From Bacteroidales bacterium (GTDB lineage Bacteria > Bacteroidota > Bacteroidia > Bacteroidales > UBA1402), in NCBI GenBank assembly GCA_017380635.1, contig JAFODP010000020.1, forward strand, positions 886-64,885: DNA of 64,000 nucleotides. Direction: 5' to 3'. The translations under genes were made by a program, and so were the position numbers. The notes under the pieces were generated by a model. The model made no database searches, was not told the origin of the DNA, and worked only from the letters and a program-made list of their open reading frames with translations. Positions 8,320-18,029 of this stretch are shown piece by piece (the first letter of the stretch is position 1; each line of letters begins with the position of its first letter).

Positions 8320-10416
8320 ATGAATAATTACATGAAATCTTTTCTTTTAGTGTGTCTGGCTCTTATCGTGCTGAACACCAACGAAATATGTGCATCCAAT
8401 GCTTATCCCGAAAAAACTCCGGCATTTCCCGGCGCAGAAGGCTACGGCCGTTATGTCAGTGGTGGCCGCGGTGGAAAAGTTTATCATGTTACCAATCTGA
8501 ACGATTCCGGCAAAGGCTCTTTCCGCTGGGCCTGTGAACAAAAGGGCGCGCGAACCATTGTCTTCGATGTTTGTGGCACCATACATTTGCAATCTCAATT
8601 AAAACTAACCAACGGCGATGTCACCATTGCTGGACAAACGGCTCCCGGCGACGGTATTTGCGTGGCCGATTGGGATTTCTGTATAGCTGCTCCCAACGTG
8701 ATAATCCGTTATATGAGATTTCGTCCCGGAGATGTTTCCGGAGGTGAACCCGACGGACTCAGTGGTATGGACGGCAAACGTATCATCATCGATCATTGTT
8801 CGGTTTCCTGGAGCGTGGACGAATGTTTGTCGGTGTACGGTAATGAGCATATGACGGTGCAATGGTGCATCATTTCTCAGAGTTTGCGTCATTCTACGCA
8901 TAGCAAACAAGCGCATGGTTATGGCGGCAACTGGGGCGGAAAAGGCGCCAGCTATCATCACAATCTTTTGGCTCATCACGATTCTCGTACACCTCGTTTG
9001 GGAAATCGTCCCACCTACGTGCAACAAGATACCACCGATATTCGCAATAATGTGATGTACAACTGGTCGGGTAATGGCTGTTACGGCGGGGAAGGCATGA
9101 AGGTGAATTTTGTCAACAATTATTATAAGCCGGGGCCGGCCACCGATGCGCGTGCTACAGGAAGTCGTCAGCCTTTGGCGTATCGTATTTGCGGTCTGGG
9201 TGTTTCTACCAAGGCGGGCGATGGCAGTTATCTTATTTGGGGAAAATATTTTGTAGATGGCAATGATAATCCTGATTATCCTTCTTTGTTGAACAAAAAC
9301 TGGGAAATGGGAATTTATCCACAAATTAGTTCTGAAAATCCGGGTTATACAGCTGCTACTAAGGATAGTATCCGTTTGTCAGAACCTTTGCCTTATATGT
9401 ATGTGAGCACGCATACGGCCGCCGATGCCTACGAAAAAGTGTTGGCTTATGCCGGATGTTCGCGCAGTCGAGATAAGTTAGATTCGCTTATTGTGAAGGA
9501 TACTCGTCAGCGTAAGGCTACTTACACGGGGAACGGAGAAGGTGATTTGCCTGGCATTATAGATACGCCTTACGATATCAAGCCGGCTCATGCCGATGCC
9601 GATTGGAGCCCTTGGCCCGAACTCAAGCAAACGCGCCACTACAAAGATGCCGATGGCGATGGCATGGACGATGACTGGGAAATCTCTCAGCACTTGAATC
9701 CGCAGGATGCATCCGATGGCCTTTTGCTCGATGACAAAGGTTATACCATGCTGGAAGTTTATTTGAACTCTTTGGTGGCCGATATCACTGAGGCTCAAAA
9801 TCAGGGCGCTGTGGCCTCGGGCTATATTGAATACGACAATCCAAATGAAAATGTGGTGTTTATTCCTGCTTCAAAAATCGATTTGGATAAGGCAGAGATC
9901 ATCATGGCTTCTGATGGTAAAAAAAAGGCTGTTATCAAAGGCGATAAGGCCGATAGTTTCAGCCATAACGATGTCTTGCGCTTCGAACTATGCAATACGC
10001 AATCAGCAGCTTTCACCATGTCTTTCATTGCTTCCACCAAGCGAGATGATTTTAAACTGAATATTTCGTTCAGCGATTTGGCTTCTGGCGCTTCTCAAAT
10101 CAGTAAAACGCTGTCTATCAGCAATACGGGCGATTGGGAAAAGTACAAGGAATATCAAGTGGATTTGGGGGAACTGCCTGCCGGCAATTGGCGCATGGAT
10201 ATTAAGTTTCTGAGTTCTCGTGGCCAGTACACCGGTAATTTGCAAAAACTTTCTATCATGAAAACGCAGCAAGACGCACTGCCTTCGGTGAACCTTTCCC
10301 ATCAAAAAGAAGCATCCACCATTTACCGTTTAGACGGCCGTCAGGTGAATGCTCCTATGGAATCTTTGCCCGCTGGTATTTACCTTATCGAGCAACAAAA
10401 AATCTTGATAAAATAA
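8320..10416 (+). CDS. secreted pectate lyase (PL1-like) with C-terminal accessory domain and T9SS sorting domain
   Basis: Signal peptide. AFPGAEGYGRYVSGGRGGKVYHVTNLNDSGKGSFRWA is typical of pectate lyases. The C-terminus IYRLDGRQV..LPAGIYLIEQQKILIK is a T9SS CTD. Confidence 0.8.
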   Translation: MNNYMKSFLLVCLALIVLNTNEICASNAYPEKTPAFPGAEGYGRYVSGGRGGKVYHVTNLNDSGKGSFRWACEQKGARTIVFDVCGTIHLQSQLKLTNGDVTIAGQTAPGDGICVADWDFCIAAPNVIIRYMRFRPGDVSGGEPDGLSGMDGKRIIIDHCSVSWSVDECLSVYGNEHMTVQWCIISQSLRHSTHSKQAHGYGGNWGGKGASYHHNLLAHHDSRTPRLGNRPTYVQQDTTDIRNNVMYNWSGNGCYGGEGMKVNFVNNYYKPGPATDARATGSRQPLAYRICGLGVSTKAGDGSYLIWGKYFVDGNDNPDYPSLLNKNWEMGIYPQISSENPGYTAATKDSIRLSEPLPYMYVSTHTAADAYEKVLAYAGCSRSRDKLDSLIVKDTRQRKATYTGNGEGDLPGIIDTPYDIKPAHADADWSPWPELKQTRHYKDADGDGMDDDWEISQHLNPQDASDGLLLDDKGYTMLEVYLNSLVADITEAQNQGAVASGYIEYDNPNENVVFIPASKIDLDKAEIIMASDGKKKAVIKGDKADSFSHNDVLRFELCNTQSAAFTMSFIASTKRDDFKLNISFSDLASGASQISKTLSISNTGDWEKYKEYQVDLGELPAGNWRMDIKFLSSRGQYTGNLQKLSIMKTQQDALPSVNLSHQKEASTIYRLDGRQVNAPMESLPAGIYLIEQQKILIK

Positions 10417-10446
10417 TCGAATCGTGATAATCGAGGTGCGAGAATC

Positions 10447-11511
10447 TTAAGCCAATCCGGCTTCTTCTCTCAATTTGGCGGCAGTTTCGAAGATGCAAGC
10501 AATCTTGTCGTCGGTAACTTTGTCGTCCATGTTGATGCAGCAAAGTCCGGTCAGGCTTAAATCGCCACTGTCGGCCACCATACGACGGATGTGCGCTTCC
10601 AATTCTTCGCAAGTCATGTTGTTGATGCTGACGGCATCGATGCGCAAGTTCAAGAAACAATGGGGCAAATGTTCGCGCAAAAGCTTGATATCGCCACCCC
10701 AACCGGCATCCAAGAAGGCAAAATGCGGAATCTTGGCCATTTGTGCCGCATGACGATGAGGATCGGGACCACAATAGTGAATGCCGTAAGGTTGGTATTT
10801 CTTCGACCATTCAATATCGTAAGGCAACAAGAATTCTTCGTATTGTTCCTCGCCAATCATCGTGTGCGAACATTCCGAATGCAGATATACCGAGCCCGGA
10901 TAATTGATGACATTACGGTTGACAGAAATGGAATTGCTGCCGCAACGCTTTTGTACATAACTGAAGAAACGTTCTATCACTTGGGCAATCTTGTCGAAAT
11001 AAGCCTTGGTTTCTTCGGGTTGCAACATCATATCGAGCAATATTTCTTCGCCGCGCACATCGAGCGCCAGGTTCAGCACGCCGCTCCAATTGATATCGCC
11101 ACAAACATAGCCGTAACGTTTTTCCAGTTCGTCCATCAGGGCTTCCATGCGCTTGAAAGCGGGACTTTCGAAAGCAGCGTCCACATCTAGGTTCAGGTCG
11201 GGCTTGTGGGCGCAAATCACTTGTGGCGCAGCATCATCGCTGTACACAATCTCGCAACCTAACATTTCCGAAAGCAAGTAACCGGCCGCATTGTGCACGG
11301 CGCCCACTTGGGGCAACATCTTTCCGTGATCCTTGCCCAAACCATATTGTCCGAAACGGCGATACAATTCGTCTTCCATTTTCATTTCACATGCCACGCG
11401 CTTGTCGGGATTGTAGAAAAAATCCTGATCGAAAGTAATGCCGCAATGATGATGCCACCACGAAGGATGGAACACGATTTCAACGGGGAGAATATTTTTG
11501 TTGTCAGCCAT
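10447..11511 (-). CDS. uroporphyrinogen decarboxylase (URO-D)-family protein
   Basis: Overall resemblance to URO-D/MtaA-like TIM-barrel proteins common in Bacteroidales glycan loci. No diagnostic motif was checked. Confidence 0.4.
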   Translation of the reverse strand: MADNKNILPVEIVFHPSWWHHHCGITFDQDFFYNPDKRVACEMKMEDELYRRFGQYGLGKDHGKMLPQVGAVHNAAGYLLSEMLGCEIVYSDDAAPQVICAHKPDLNLDVDAAFESPAFKRMEALMDELEKRYGYVCGDINWSGVLNLALDVRGEEILLDMMLQPEETKAYFDKIAQVIERFFSYVQKRCGSNSISVNRNVINYPGSVYLHSECSHTMIGEEQYEEFLLPYDIEWSKKYQPYGIHYCGPDPHRHAAQMAKIPHFAFLDAGWGGDIKLLREHLPHCFLNLRIDAVSINNMTCEELEAHIRRMVADSGDLSLTGLCCINMDDKVTDDKIACIFETAAKLREEAGLA

Positions 11512-11556
11512 AATGAAATTTCTTTATGCTATTCGAATTTTTGCTTGTCGGTTGAA

Positions 11557-14484
11557 TTATTTTCCAGAAAGCTGAATGCGGCCTTTCTGCACGCCTTCCA
11601 ACCATTGAGGCAAAGAAGACGGACCAACCAAGTCGGTAGAATTCACCTTGTTACGAACACCGGGAATGACATCGAAGACGGCAATGCCGGTTTGGGGCAA
11701 AGTGTAGAGCAATACATCGCGGCCGTCGCGGGGCGTATAAACACCCAAGAAAGTGCCGGCTTTGTGGTTTTGCAAGAGCAATTGACCTTCTTCTGTCTGG
11801 AACTGAGCCCATTTCCAGTCGTTGAAATAACCCTTGAATTCGGGATAGGTGAAGCTTTCACCCGGGATGGGATCGTTGTATTCGTTTTCCCAAACATCCA
11901 GCACGGTACCATGCATACGGTTTTGCCATACGCGATAGGGACCCTTGCCCAAGAAACGAACGCTTAGCATCTTTTCTTCGGGATAATCGAAGCAGATACC
12001 GCAAAGTTCGATATTGCCTTCCCAACGATAAGCATAGTCGATAAAGATGGCACCGCTCTTTTCGATGGTCCAGTCAACTTGCTGCAACTGACCCCAATAA
12101 GTAGCGCTAACGATCAATTTGTCGGCTTCTTCTTTCACTTCGAATTTGGTCAGCGTTGAGGTGCCGGAAATGTCTTGATAAATGCGTTCTTTGCTGCGAG
12201 CGGTCTTGTCGTCGTGGTTGTAATAAATATCTTGCGATCTGTCGCCGCGGCGAGCTGCAATGAAGCGAGGACCATTGCTCAAAGCAAATTGGTTGAAAGA
12301 TTTCAGATAACCATTCTTGGTGTTGAAAACCAACTTGTTGTCGCCGGCTTTAACCAAAAGGTCGTCACCTTGATATTCGTAAGACAAAGCCAAATCCTGT
12401 GCCTTGGCTTCGGGTTGCAATTCTTCTACGCTCTTCCAATACCAAGCCCAAGTGTAAACACTTTCGCCTGCAGGATTATAAGCCGTTACATACAAAGCAT
12501 CGGCATCTTTCCAGTTGGCGGGCAATTTCAGAGCCAATTCGCCATTCTGACGGGCGGGCAAATCAAAGCCTTGCTGTTGGCCCTTGGCAATTACTTCGTG
12601 ACCTGCTTTGTCCAAGCTGTAATTGGCCAATTCCCAAGAGAATGAACAATCTTTCAAGTTGTTGAAATCGTAGCGGTTTTCAACGATGAATTTTCCTGCA
12701 AAAGCGTCGGCATCAGCGATGTAGCTGCATTGGTCGGCGCGCATTTTTTCTTCGCGATGCAAACGAATCTGAGGCTGGTTGGCAGGTTTCAGATAAATGG
12801 GGCTCCAAACCTGACGGATGGTATAGAAACTACCTTCCTTTTCGTGGTGAGGACCAACAATGCCATCGGCACCATAATTGCCCACATTGTCTATCTTGCC
12901 GTTCATATCGGTACGCATCACACCTTCGTCGGCGAAAACCCAAAGGAAGCCACCGGCATTGCGCGGATGACGACATTGCATTTCCCACATATCCCAAAGA
13001 CCTGCGCCATGACCACCATCATACAAGCCGTGCAAGAATTCGGTAGGCATGAAGATACCGGGGTTGCGCATAAAGTCTTGGCTTTCACCATAAGAACGAT
13101 AGTGCTTGGTTTCGAAACCGTTACGGTTGGCCCAAGGATACAAAACCGGGCGTTTCTGCGGATCGTATTCGTGGAAAAGAGGTTCCAGTTCGTAGTTGAA
13201 ACCGCCTTCGTTACCATTCGACCACCAGATGATAGAAGGATGGTTTACGTCGCGGGTAATCATTTCTTTAACCAGTTTGCTGCCTACTTCGGTATCGTAC
13301 TTGCCGTGCCAGCCGGCCAATTCGTTCATCACATACAGACCCAAAGAGTCGCAATAATCGAGGAAAATGGCATCTGGCGGATAGTGCGACATACGCACGG
13401 CATTCATGTTCATTTCCTTGATAATCTTCACATCGGCCAAGTTGTCGGCATAGCTCAAGGCACGACCCGTTTCCGGACGGAAGCTGTGACGGTTTACACC
13501 TTTCACCAAGATGCGCTCTCCGTTGATGTACAAACCGTCGTTTTCGCGCACTTCGATGGTACGGAAGCCAAAACGTTGACGCACTTTGTGTTGCACTTCA
13601 CCTTTGTAAAGCAAACTGAATTCTACATAATAAAGATTGGGCGTTTCTGCGGTCCAGTTCTTCACACCGGGCACCTGGGTTTCGATGATTACTTTGTCGC
13701 TGCCGTTGCGCACAGGCGTTGAGAAAGATTTGCCCACTTTTTTGCCCTTGATGTCGGTGAACGACGTTTCGATGCTGTAGTTTTCGTCCATGGCGCAACC
13801 CAAGAAAATTTCGCTGCGGAAATCGCCATCGGCCTTGGCATCAAGCGCCAAACGGTCTATGTGGAAGGCGGGCAAAGCCTCGATATAAACAGGACGGAAA
13901 ATACCGCCGAAGTTCCAATAGTCGGCACGACGTTCAGCCAGATTGACACTTTCGTTGGCCGATTCCTTGCTGACGGTGATTTCCAGCGTGTTTTCCTTAT
14001 TGCCAAAATAAATACGATCGCTCATATCGCCATAAAAACGATAGAACGAACCTTGATGCAACTTGATACCACGACGACCATTGATGTTGACGGTACAATC
14101 GGTCATCACACCTTCGAAAACCAAACGAATAACGCGGCCTTCCCATTCGGCGGGCAATTTGAAAGAGGTTTTGTATTTACCTTGTTCGGTGGCAATGCCG
14201 GCAGGACGAGCTTTACCATAGAAAGGCATACCATACTGATAGGTGCCGAAACCTTCTGTTTCCCAGCAAGAAGGCACTTTGATTTTGGTCCATTCTCCGG
14301 AATTGCGACCTTCGGTGCAGAAGAAATCCCATTCCACGGCGCTGGCGGCGTCGCGACCTGAAAGATATTGAACTTGCGTTTCGGGACCAAGTGGAGCCTG
14401 AGCTTTTTTCTTGGCGGGCTTGGCGCTGAGGCTGAACGAAATCAGCAGGGCCATAGCAAAAGAAAAGAATCTTGTAAGCTTCAT
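11557..14484 (-). CDS. GH2 beta-galactosidase-like glycoside hydrolase
   Basis: NAVRMSHYPPD and WSNGNEG motifs plus a LacZ-like C-terminal domain. Start moved to the internal Met (MKLTRFFSFAMALLISFSLSA signal peptide) because the 5' extension covers a terminator hairpin. Confidence 0.85.
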   Translation of the reverse strand: MKLTRFFSFAMALLISFSLSAKPAKKKAQAPLGPETQVQYLSGRDAASAVEWDFFCTEGRNSGEWTKIKVPSCWETEGFGTYQYGMPFYGKARPAGIATEQGKYKTSFKLPAEWEGRVIRLVFEGVMTDCTVNINGRRGIKLHQGSFYRFYGDMSDRIYFGNKENTLEITVSKESANESVNLAERRADYWNFGGIFRPVYIEALPAFHIDRLALDAKADGDFRSEIFLGCAMDENYSIETSFTDIKGKKVGKSFSTPVRNGSDKVIIETQVPGVKNWTAETPNLYYVEFSLLYKGEVQHKVRQRFGFRTIEVRENDGLYINGERILVKGVNRHSFRPETGRALSYADNLADVKIIKEMNMNAVRMSHYPPDAIFLDYCDSLGLYVMNELAGWHGKYDTEVGSKLVKEMITRDVNHPSIIWWSNGNEGGFNYELEPLFHEYDPQKRPVLYPWANRNGFETKHYRSYGESQDFMRNPGIFMPTEFLHGLYDGGHGAGLWDMWEMQCRHPRNAGGFLWVFADEGVMRTDMNGKIDNVGNYGADGIVGPHHEKEGSFYTIRQVWSPIYLKPANQPQIRLHREEKMRADQCSYIADADAFAGKFIVENRYDFNNLKDCSFSWELANYSLDKAGHEVIAKGQQQGFDLPARQNGELALKLPANWKDADALYVTAYNPAGESVYTWAWYWKSVEELQPEAKAQDLALSYEYQGDDLLVKAGDNKLVFNTKNGYLKSFNQFALSNGPRFIAARRGDRSQDIYYNHDDKTARSKERIYQDISGTSTLTKFEVKEEADKLIVSATYWGQLQQVDWTIEKSGAIFIDYAYRWEGNIELCGICFDYPEEKMLSVRFLGKGPYRVWQNRMHGTVLDVWENEYNDPIPGESFTYPEFKGYFNDWKWAQFQTEEGQLLLQNHKAGTFLGVYTPRDGRDVLLYTLPQTGIAVFDVIPGVRNKVNSTDLVGPSSLPQWLEGVQKGRIQLSGK

Positions 14485-14591
14485 ATAAATGATGTTTGTT
14501 GTTGTTTGCACAATTTTTTCGACGAAATGCAAATATAAGTCAAGAAGCCTGCAAACGCAAATTTTTCTAAGGAAAGCTTGTGGTAGAGTTG

Positions 14592-14620
14592 CCGTCCGGC
14601 ACCCTCTGGGTGCCGGACGG
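14592..14620 (-). terminator. GC-rich 13-bp perfect hairpin downstream of the MerR gene
   Basis: ccgtccggcaccc-tct-gggtgccggacgg, immediately 3' of the stop at 14629. There is no clear U-tract. Confidence 0.45.
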
Positions 14621-14628
14621 ACGCTCAC

Positions 14629-15459
14629 TTATGCTATCGGAATCTGAATCACCGATACCCATTGTTCTGGGTCTTCCTGATTCCATGCACCGTCAATGTA
14701 AGAAGTACGGGGATGGCCGGCAATCTTGTAACCTTGTTCTTCCATGTAGGCAAATGCTTCGGTAAATGATTCGTGGAAGCGTTCATAAGGACCGACGTGC
14801 TTCATACAGAGTGCTTTGGGAACAGCATCAAGATGCTTGAATTGGATAATAGCATTGTCTGTACCGATCTCTTCCACCTGTTCGCAATACTCAATATCAA
14901 TGTCGGTGGGGCGATACTCCTTATTGTGCTCAATGGTGAAACAATAGCCTGGAGGTGGGCACTTGCAACCGAGGCGTTGCATCTCGGGACCAATTTTCTC
15001 TACACATAACGGTCCGAGGGCGGCATAATCAGAAATTACTTCGCGATGGCTTGCCACGATAATTTCGGGCAAAGATTGAATACTGAATTTTGATTTATCC
15101 ATTGTTTTAATTTTTTTGCGAGCATTCACCCAGTTGACCAACTGACTGCGTCGTGCCACCAATAATTGCAGTTGTTGTTCCGTCTTCTCTATCTTCTCGT
15201 TCAGTTGCTCGACACTTGGGGCCTGTGCTCCTTCTTCGTACAACTCCTTGATTTCGTCAAGCGAGAAACCGAGACTTTGCAATTGGCGGATAGTGTTGAG
15301 CCTTTGCATCTGTTCAACGCTGTAATAGCGGTAGCCCGTCCACTCATCTACTTCGCAGGGAAACAATAACCCTTTTTGTTCGTAGTGACGCAGGGTCTTC
15401 ACGGTCACTTGCATCATCTGTGAGAACTCTCCGATTTTTAACTTTGTTTTTTCTCTCAT
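14629..15459 (-). CDS. MerR-family transcriptional regulator with GyrI-like effector-binding domain (BmrR-like)
   Basis: N-terminal KIGEFSQMMQVTVKTLRHYEQKGLL helix-turn-helix, a coiled-coil linker and a ~150-aa C-terminal GyrI-like region. Confidence 0.8.
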   Translation of the reverse strand: MREKTKLKIGEFSQMMQVTVKTLRHYEQKGLLFPCEVDEWTGYRYYSVEQMQRLNTIRQLQSLGFSLDEIKELYEEGAQAPSVEQLNEKIEKTEQQLQLLVARRSQLVNWVNARKKIKTMDKSKFSIQSLPEIIVASHREVISDYAALGPLCVEKIGPEMQRLGCKCPPPGYCFTIEHNKEYRPTDIDIEYCEQVEEIGTDNAIIQFKHLDAVPKALCMKHVGPYERFHESFTEAFAYMEEQGYKIAGHPRTSYIDGAWNQEDPEQWVSVIQIPIA

Positions 15460-15629
15460 AATCGTACGATTCTTAGTCTAATTTCGAAATCTGTGGCAAA
15501 GTTAGTGTATGCCCTTGGGGACGAGTCAAGAGAAAATTCAAAATAATTATTTATTTCCCCAAAATCTCTTGCAAAATCATCAACAGCCGCTTAGCTCTTT
15601 GTTTTTCAGCCTATCTCTTGAATAAGCGT

Positions 15630-15693
15630 AAACAAAAAGCAACCTGTTTCATTGACCACCGCGATAAGCATCACGGGAACGAAACAGGCTGCT
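15630..15693 (-). terminator. probable terminator of the hyf/Ehr-like operon
   Basis: On the minus strand, agcagcctgtttc...gaaacaggttgct is followed by TTTTTGTTT. The loop is long and can fold internally. Confidence 0.45.
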
Positions 15694-15755
15694 AAATTTT
15701 TGGAGACTCAAGGCTGCATCTGAGTATTGAGTCCGGACGCAGGAATCAACAACGC

Positions 15756-16514
15756 TCACTTTCTGCCACTGAGGGCGAGCAGGCCGTTGATGATGGTGAG
15801 CGGGTGGGCCGGATTGCCGGGCAGGTAAAGGTCGGTGTCGTGCTCGTCGAGGAAGTGACGGTCGAGGGCAGGAGAGTCGGCGAAGATACCGCCGCTGATG
15901 GCATCGGTACCGGCCAGCACTACAATTTTGGGATCGGGCGTGGCTTCGTAGCAGATGTCGAGCGCGCGGGCCATATTTTCAGAAATCGGACCGGTGATAA
16001 CCACGCCATCGGCATGACGAGGCGAGGCTACGAATTCGAAACCGAAACGACCCATATCGAAGTTGACATTGCCCGTGGCACCCAATTCCCATTCGCCGCT
16101 GTTGTCGCCGGCGGCAGACACTTGACGCAGTTTGAGCGATTTGCCGAAAAGTTTCTTTATTTCGGGACGAACGGCGCTTTTGTCGAAAACGATGGGCTTG
16201 TCTTCGCCTTCCGTTACGATAAGGTTTTCGCGCTTGTTGGTGGCCAATTTATAATCCTGGGTAAAATGAATCTTGTTGGGGAAACAGCGTTCGCATTCGC
16301 CGCAGAAAGCGCAGCGACCCAAATCGAGCTGAAGTTTGCCTTCTTTTTCGAAGAGCGCATGGGTGGGACAAACATCGCAAATGCTTTGGTTGTCGGCACT
16401 TTTGTCTTCTGAAATTACAGGACGTCCACGGAAGATGCCGGGCACTTTGGCCTTGGTGACATCGGGAATATACTGCTTGCCCTGATGCAATAATATTTTG
16501 AGTGTATCTAACAT
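15756..16514 (-). CDS. NuoB/HycG/HyfI-like small subunit fused to an N-terminal ferredoxin-like Cys motif; cluster ligands lost
   Basis: Aligns to E. coli HycG, but CGGCNGCE reads AAGDNSGE, GACGNSGG reads GTDAISGG and PGCPP reads PGNPAHP. The N-terminus has CDVCP...CAFCGECERCFP. Confidence 0.75.
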   Translation of the reverse strand: MLDTLKILLHQGKQYIPDVTKAKVPGIFRGRPVISEDKSADNQSICDVCPTHALFEKEGKLQLDLGRCAFCGECERCFPNKIHFTQDYKLATNKRENLIVTEGEDKPIVFDKSAVRPEIKKLFGKSLKLRQVSAAGDNSGEWELGATGNVNFDMGRFGFEFVASPRHADGVVITGPISENMARALDICYEATPDPKIVVLAGTDAISGGIFADSPALDRHFLDEHDTDLYLPGNPAHPLTIINGLLALSGRK

Positions 16515-16526
16515 AATAGCAATGAT

Positions 16527-18029
16527 TTACAAGTCGTGACCACAATAAGAAAGATTGAAACTCTTGTTGCAGATGGGGAAATCTGAAATTTCGTTGCCTC
16601 TGACAGCCAAGGCCAGCGCCATCCAGTTGTGGAAAGAAGGATCCTTTATTTTGTAGCAAGCCAACTTACCTTCGGCATCGGTGATGGCACAATGACAGAT
16701 TTCGCCGCGCCAGCCTTCGGTGAGCATGATGCTGAAGCAATTGGCCTGTGGTTTCATTTCCGGACGGGCATTGTCTTCGAGGGGCATATTTTTGAGTTGT
16801 TGCGCCAATTGACGGGCATAGGTCATTGACTGAACAATTTCGTAACGACGGATTTGCGTACGCGAATACACATCGCCATGACGACGCGTGATGCTTTCGT
16901 GATGCAACAAGGGATAAGCCAAGTAGGGGTGAGAGCTGCGGATGTCTCGCGCCAGCTCGCTGGCGCGAGCTGCCATGCCCACTGCCCCGATTTCCACCGC
17001 TTGTTCTCTGCTCAGTACGCCCGTTCTTTCAAAGCGCGCCAAAACAGAAGGCATCGTCAGCGTTTTGGCAATCATTTCCAGATAATCTCTTTCGTAAGCT
17101 TGCAACACTACCTGCAAGCGATCGGCCAAGGCGGGCGTGAATACATAAGGCGAATGACCGGGTCGGATGCATCCTTTGCCCAAACGGTTGCCGCACCATT
17201 CTTGCATGAAATTGATGATAGGCGTGCGCAGACGACCAAACACGGCATTACCCAACTGATAAGCCACATCGCCGCAAAGCGCGCTCAAATCGCCGGTATG
17301 AATGGCGATACGTTCAATTTCGGCCGCCAGGGTTCTTTCCAATTGGGTACGCTTGGACACTTCCACACCGCAAAGACTTTCCCACAACATGGCAAAAGCC
17401 GTACCATGACCCACGGCCGTGTCTCCCGCCGTCGATTCGGCCAAAAGACTGCGCTGAATGAGTTTGTCTTTTTGCAACATCAACTTTTCCACATCGCGAT
17501 GCTGATAACCTAAATGGATTTCCAGATGTAGCACTTTTTCGCCATCGCAGATAAAGCGGAAATGTCCCGGCTCGATGATACCTGCGTGAATGGGACCAAC
17601 GCCCACTTCGTGCAGATTTTCACCCTTGATGCTGTAGAAAGGATAATTGTCCATCACCTGTGTTTTGTCGGCGCGGTCGTGCGCGTAGCGCACAGGTTTC
17701 ATCCAAGGATGATCTAAAAATCTGAGACCATGGTTTTCGTTCAATTCTCTTTCGAAGCGTTCCATGGCGTGCACTTTGGCCGAGATGGCGGGCAATTGAG
17801 CCTCTTTTTTCACTTCGCAGGAAAGGATATGGATATCGCCTTGGGCATCGTCGGCCAAACAGGCATACAGACGCAAGCTGTCGCTTTGCGGATAAGCGAA
17901 ATAATTGACACAGTGCAAGTTGATATCGGACAGCGCTTCAACAATTTCCGCATAAAAATCGTCGTAAGACAACAAGGGAATATCAATCAAGGCTACGCAA
18001 GCGCCATTTTTTACAGACAAGGCTTTCAT
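16527..18029 (-). CDS. NuoC-NuoD/HycE/HyfG-like large subunit lacking Ni-Fe ligands
   Basis: GPIHAGIIEPGHFRF and LGYQHRDVEKL are conserved. The L1 motif RxCGxC reads STAGDT. There is no CxxC anywhere, and the C-terminus reads FPICNKSFNLSYCGHDL instead of DPCxxCxxR. Confidence 0.8.
   Translation of the reverse strand: MKALSVKNGACVALIDIPLLSYDDFYAEIVEALSDINLHCVNYFAYPQSDSLRLYACLADDAQGDIHILSCEVKKEAQLPAISAKVHAMERFERELNENHGLRFLDHPWMKPVRYAHDRADKTQVMDNYPFYSIKGENLHEVGVGPIHAGIIEPGHFRFICDGEKVLHLEIHLGYQHRDVEKLMLQKDKLIQRSLLAESTAGDTAVGHGTAFAMLWESLCGVEVSKRTQLERTLAAEIERIAIHTGDLSALCGDVAYQLGNAVFGRLRTPIINFMQEWCGNRLGKGCIRPGHSPYVFTPALADRLQVVLQAYERDYLEMIAKTLTMPSVLARFERTGVLSREQAVEIGAVGMAARASELARDIRSSHPYLAYPLLHHESITRRHGDVYSRTQIRRYEIVQSMTYARQLAQQLKNMPLEDNARPEMKPQANCFSIMLTEGWRGEICHCAITDAEGKLACYKIKDPSFHNWMALALAVRGNEISDFPICNKSFNLSYCGHDL

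Noticed and set aside
12730-13722. 330-aa plus-strand ORF inside the GH2 gene, together with other long antisense ORFs (23164-24498, 24499-25767, 26591-27952, 8605-9324, 43119-43931, 49873-50796 and 48206-49267)
   Set aside because: All lie opposite genes with clear family motifs. They have biased V/F/G/H-rich compositions typical of antisense frames, and none has a recognisable domain.
14485-14628. 48-codon N-terminal extension of the GH2 ORF in the track
   Set aside because: The extension runs through the perfect 13-bp hairpin at 14592-14620 that follows the MerR stop. The internal Met at 14484 starts a canonical signal peptide.
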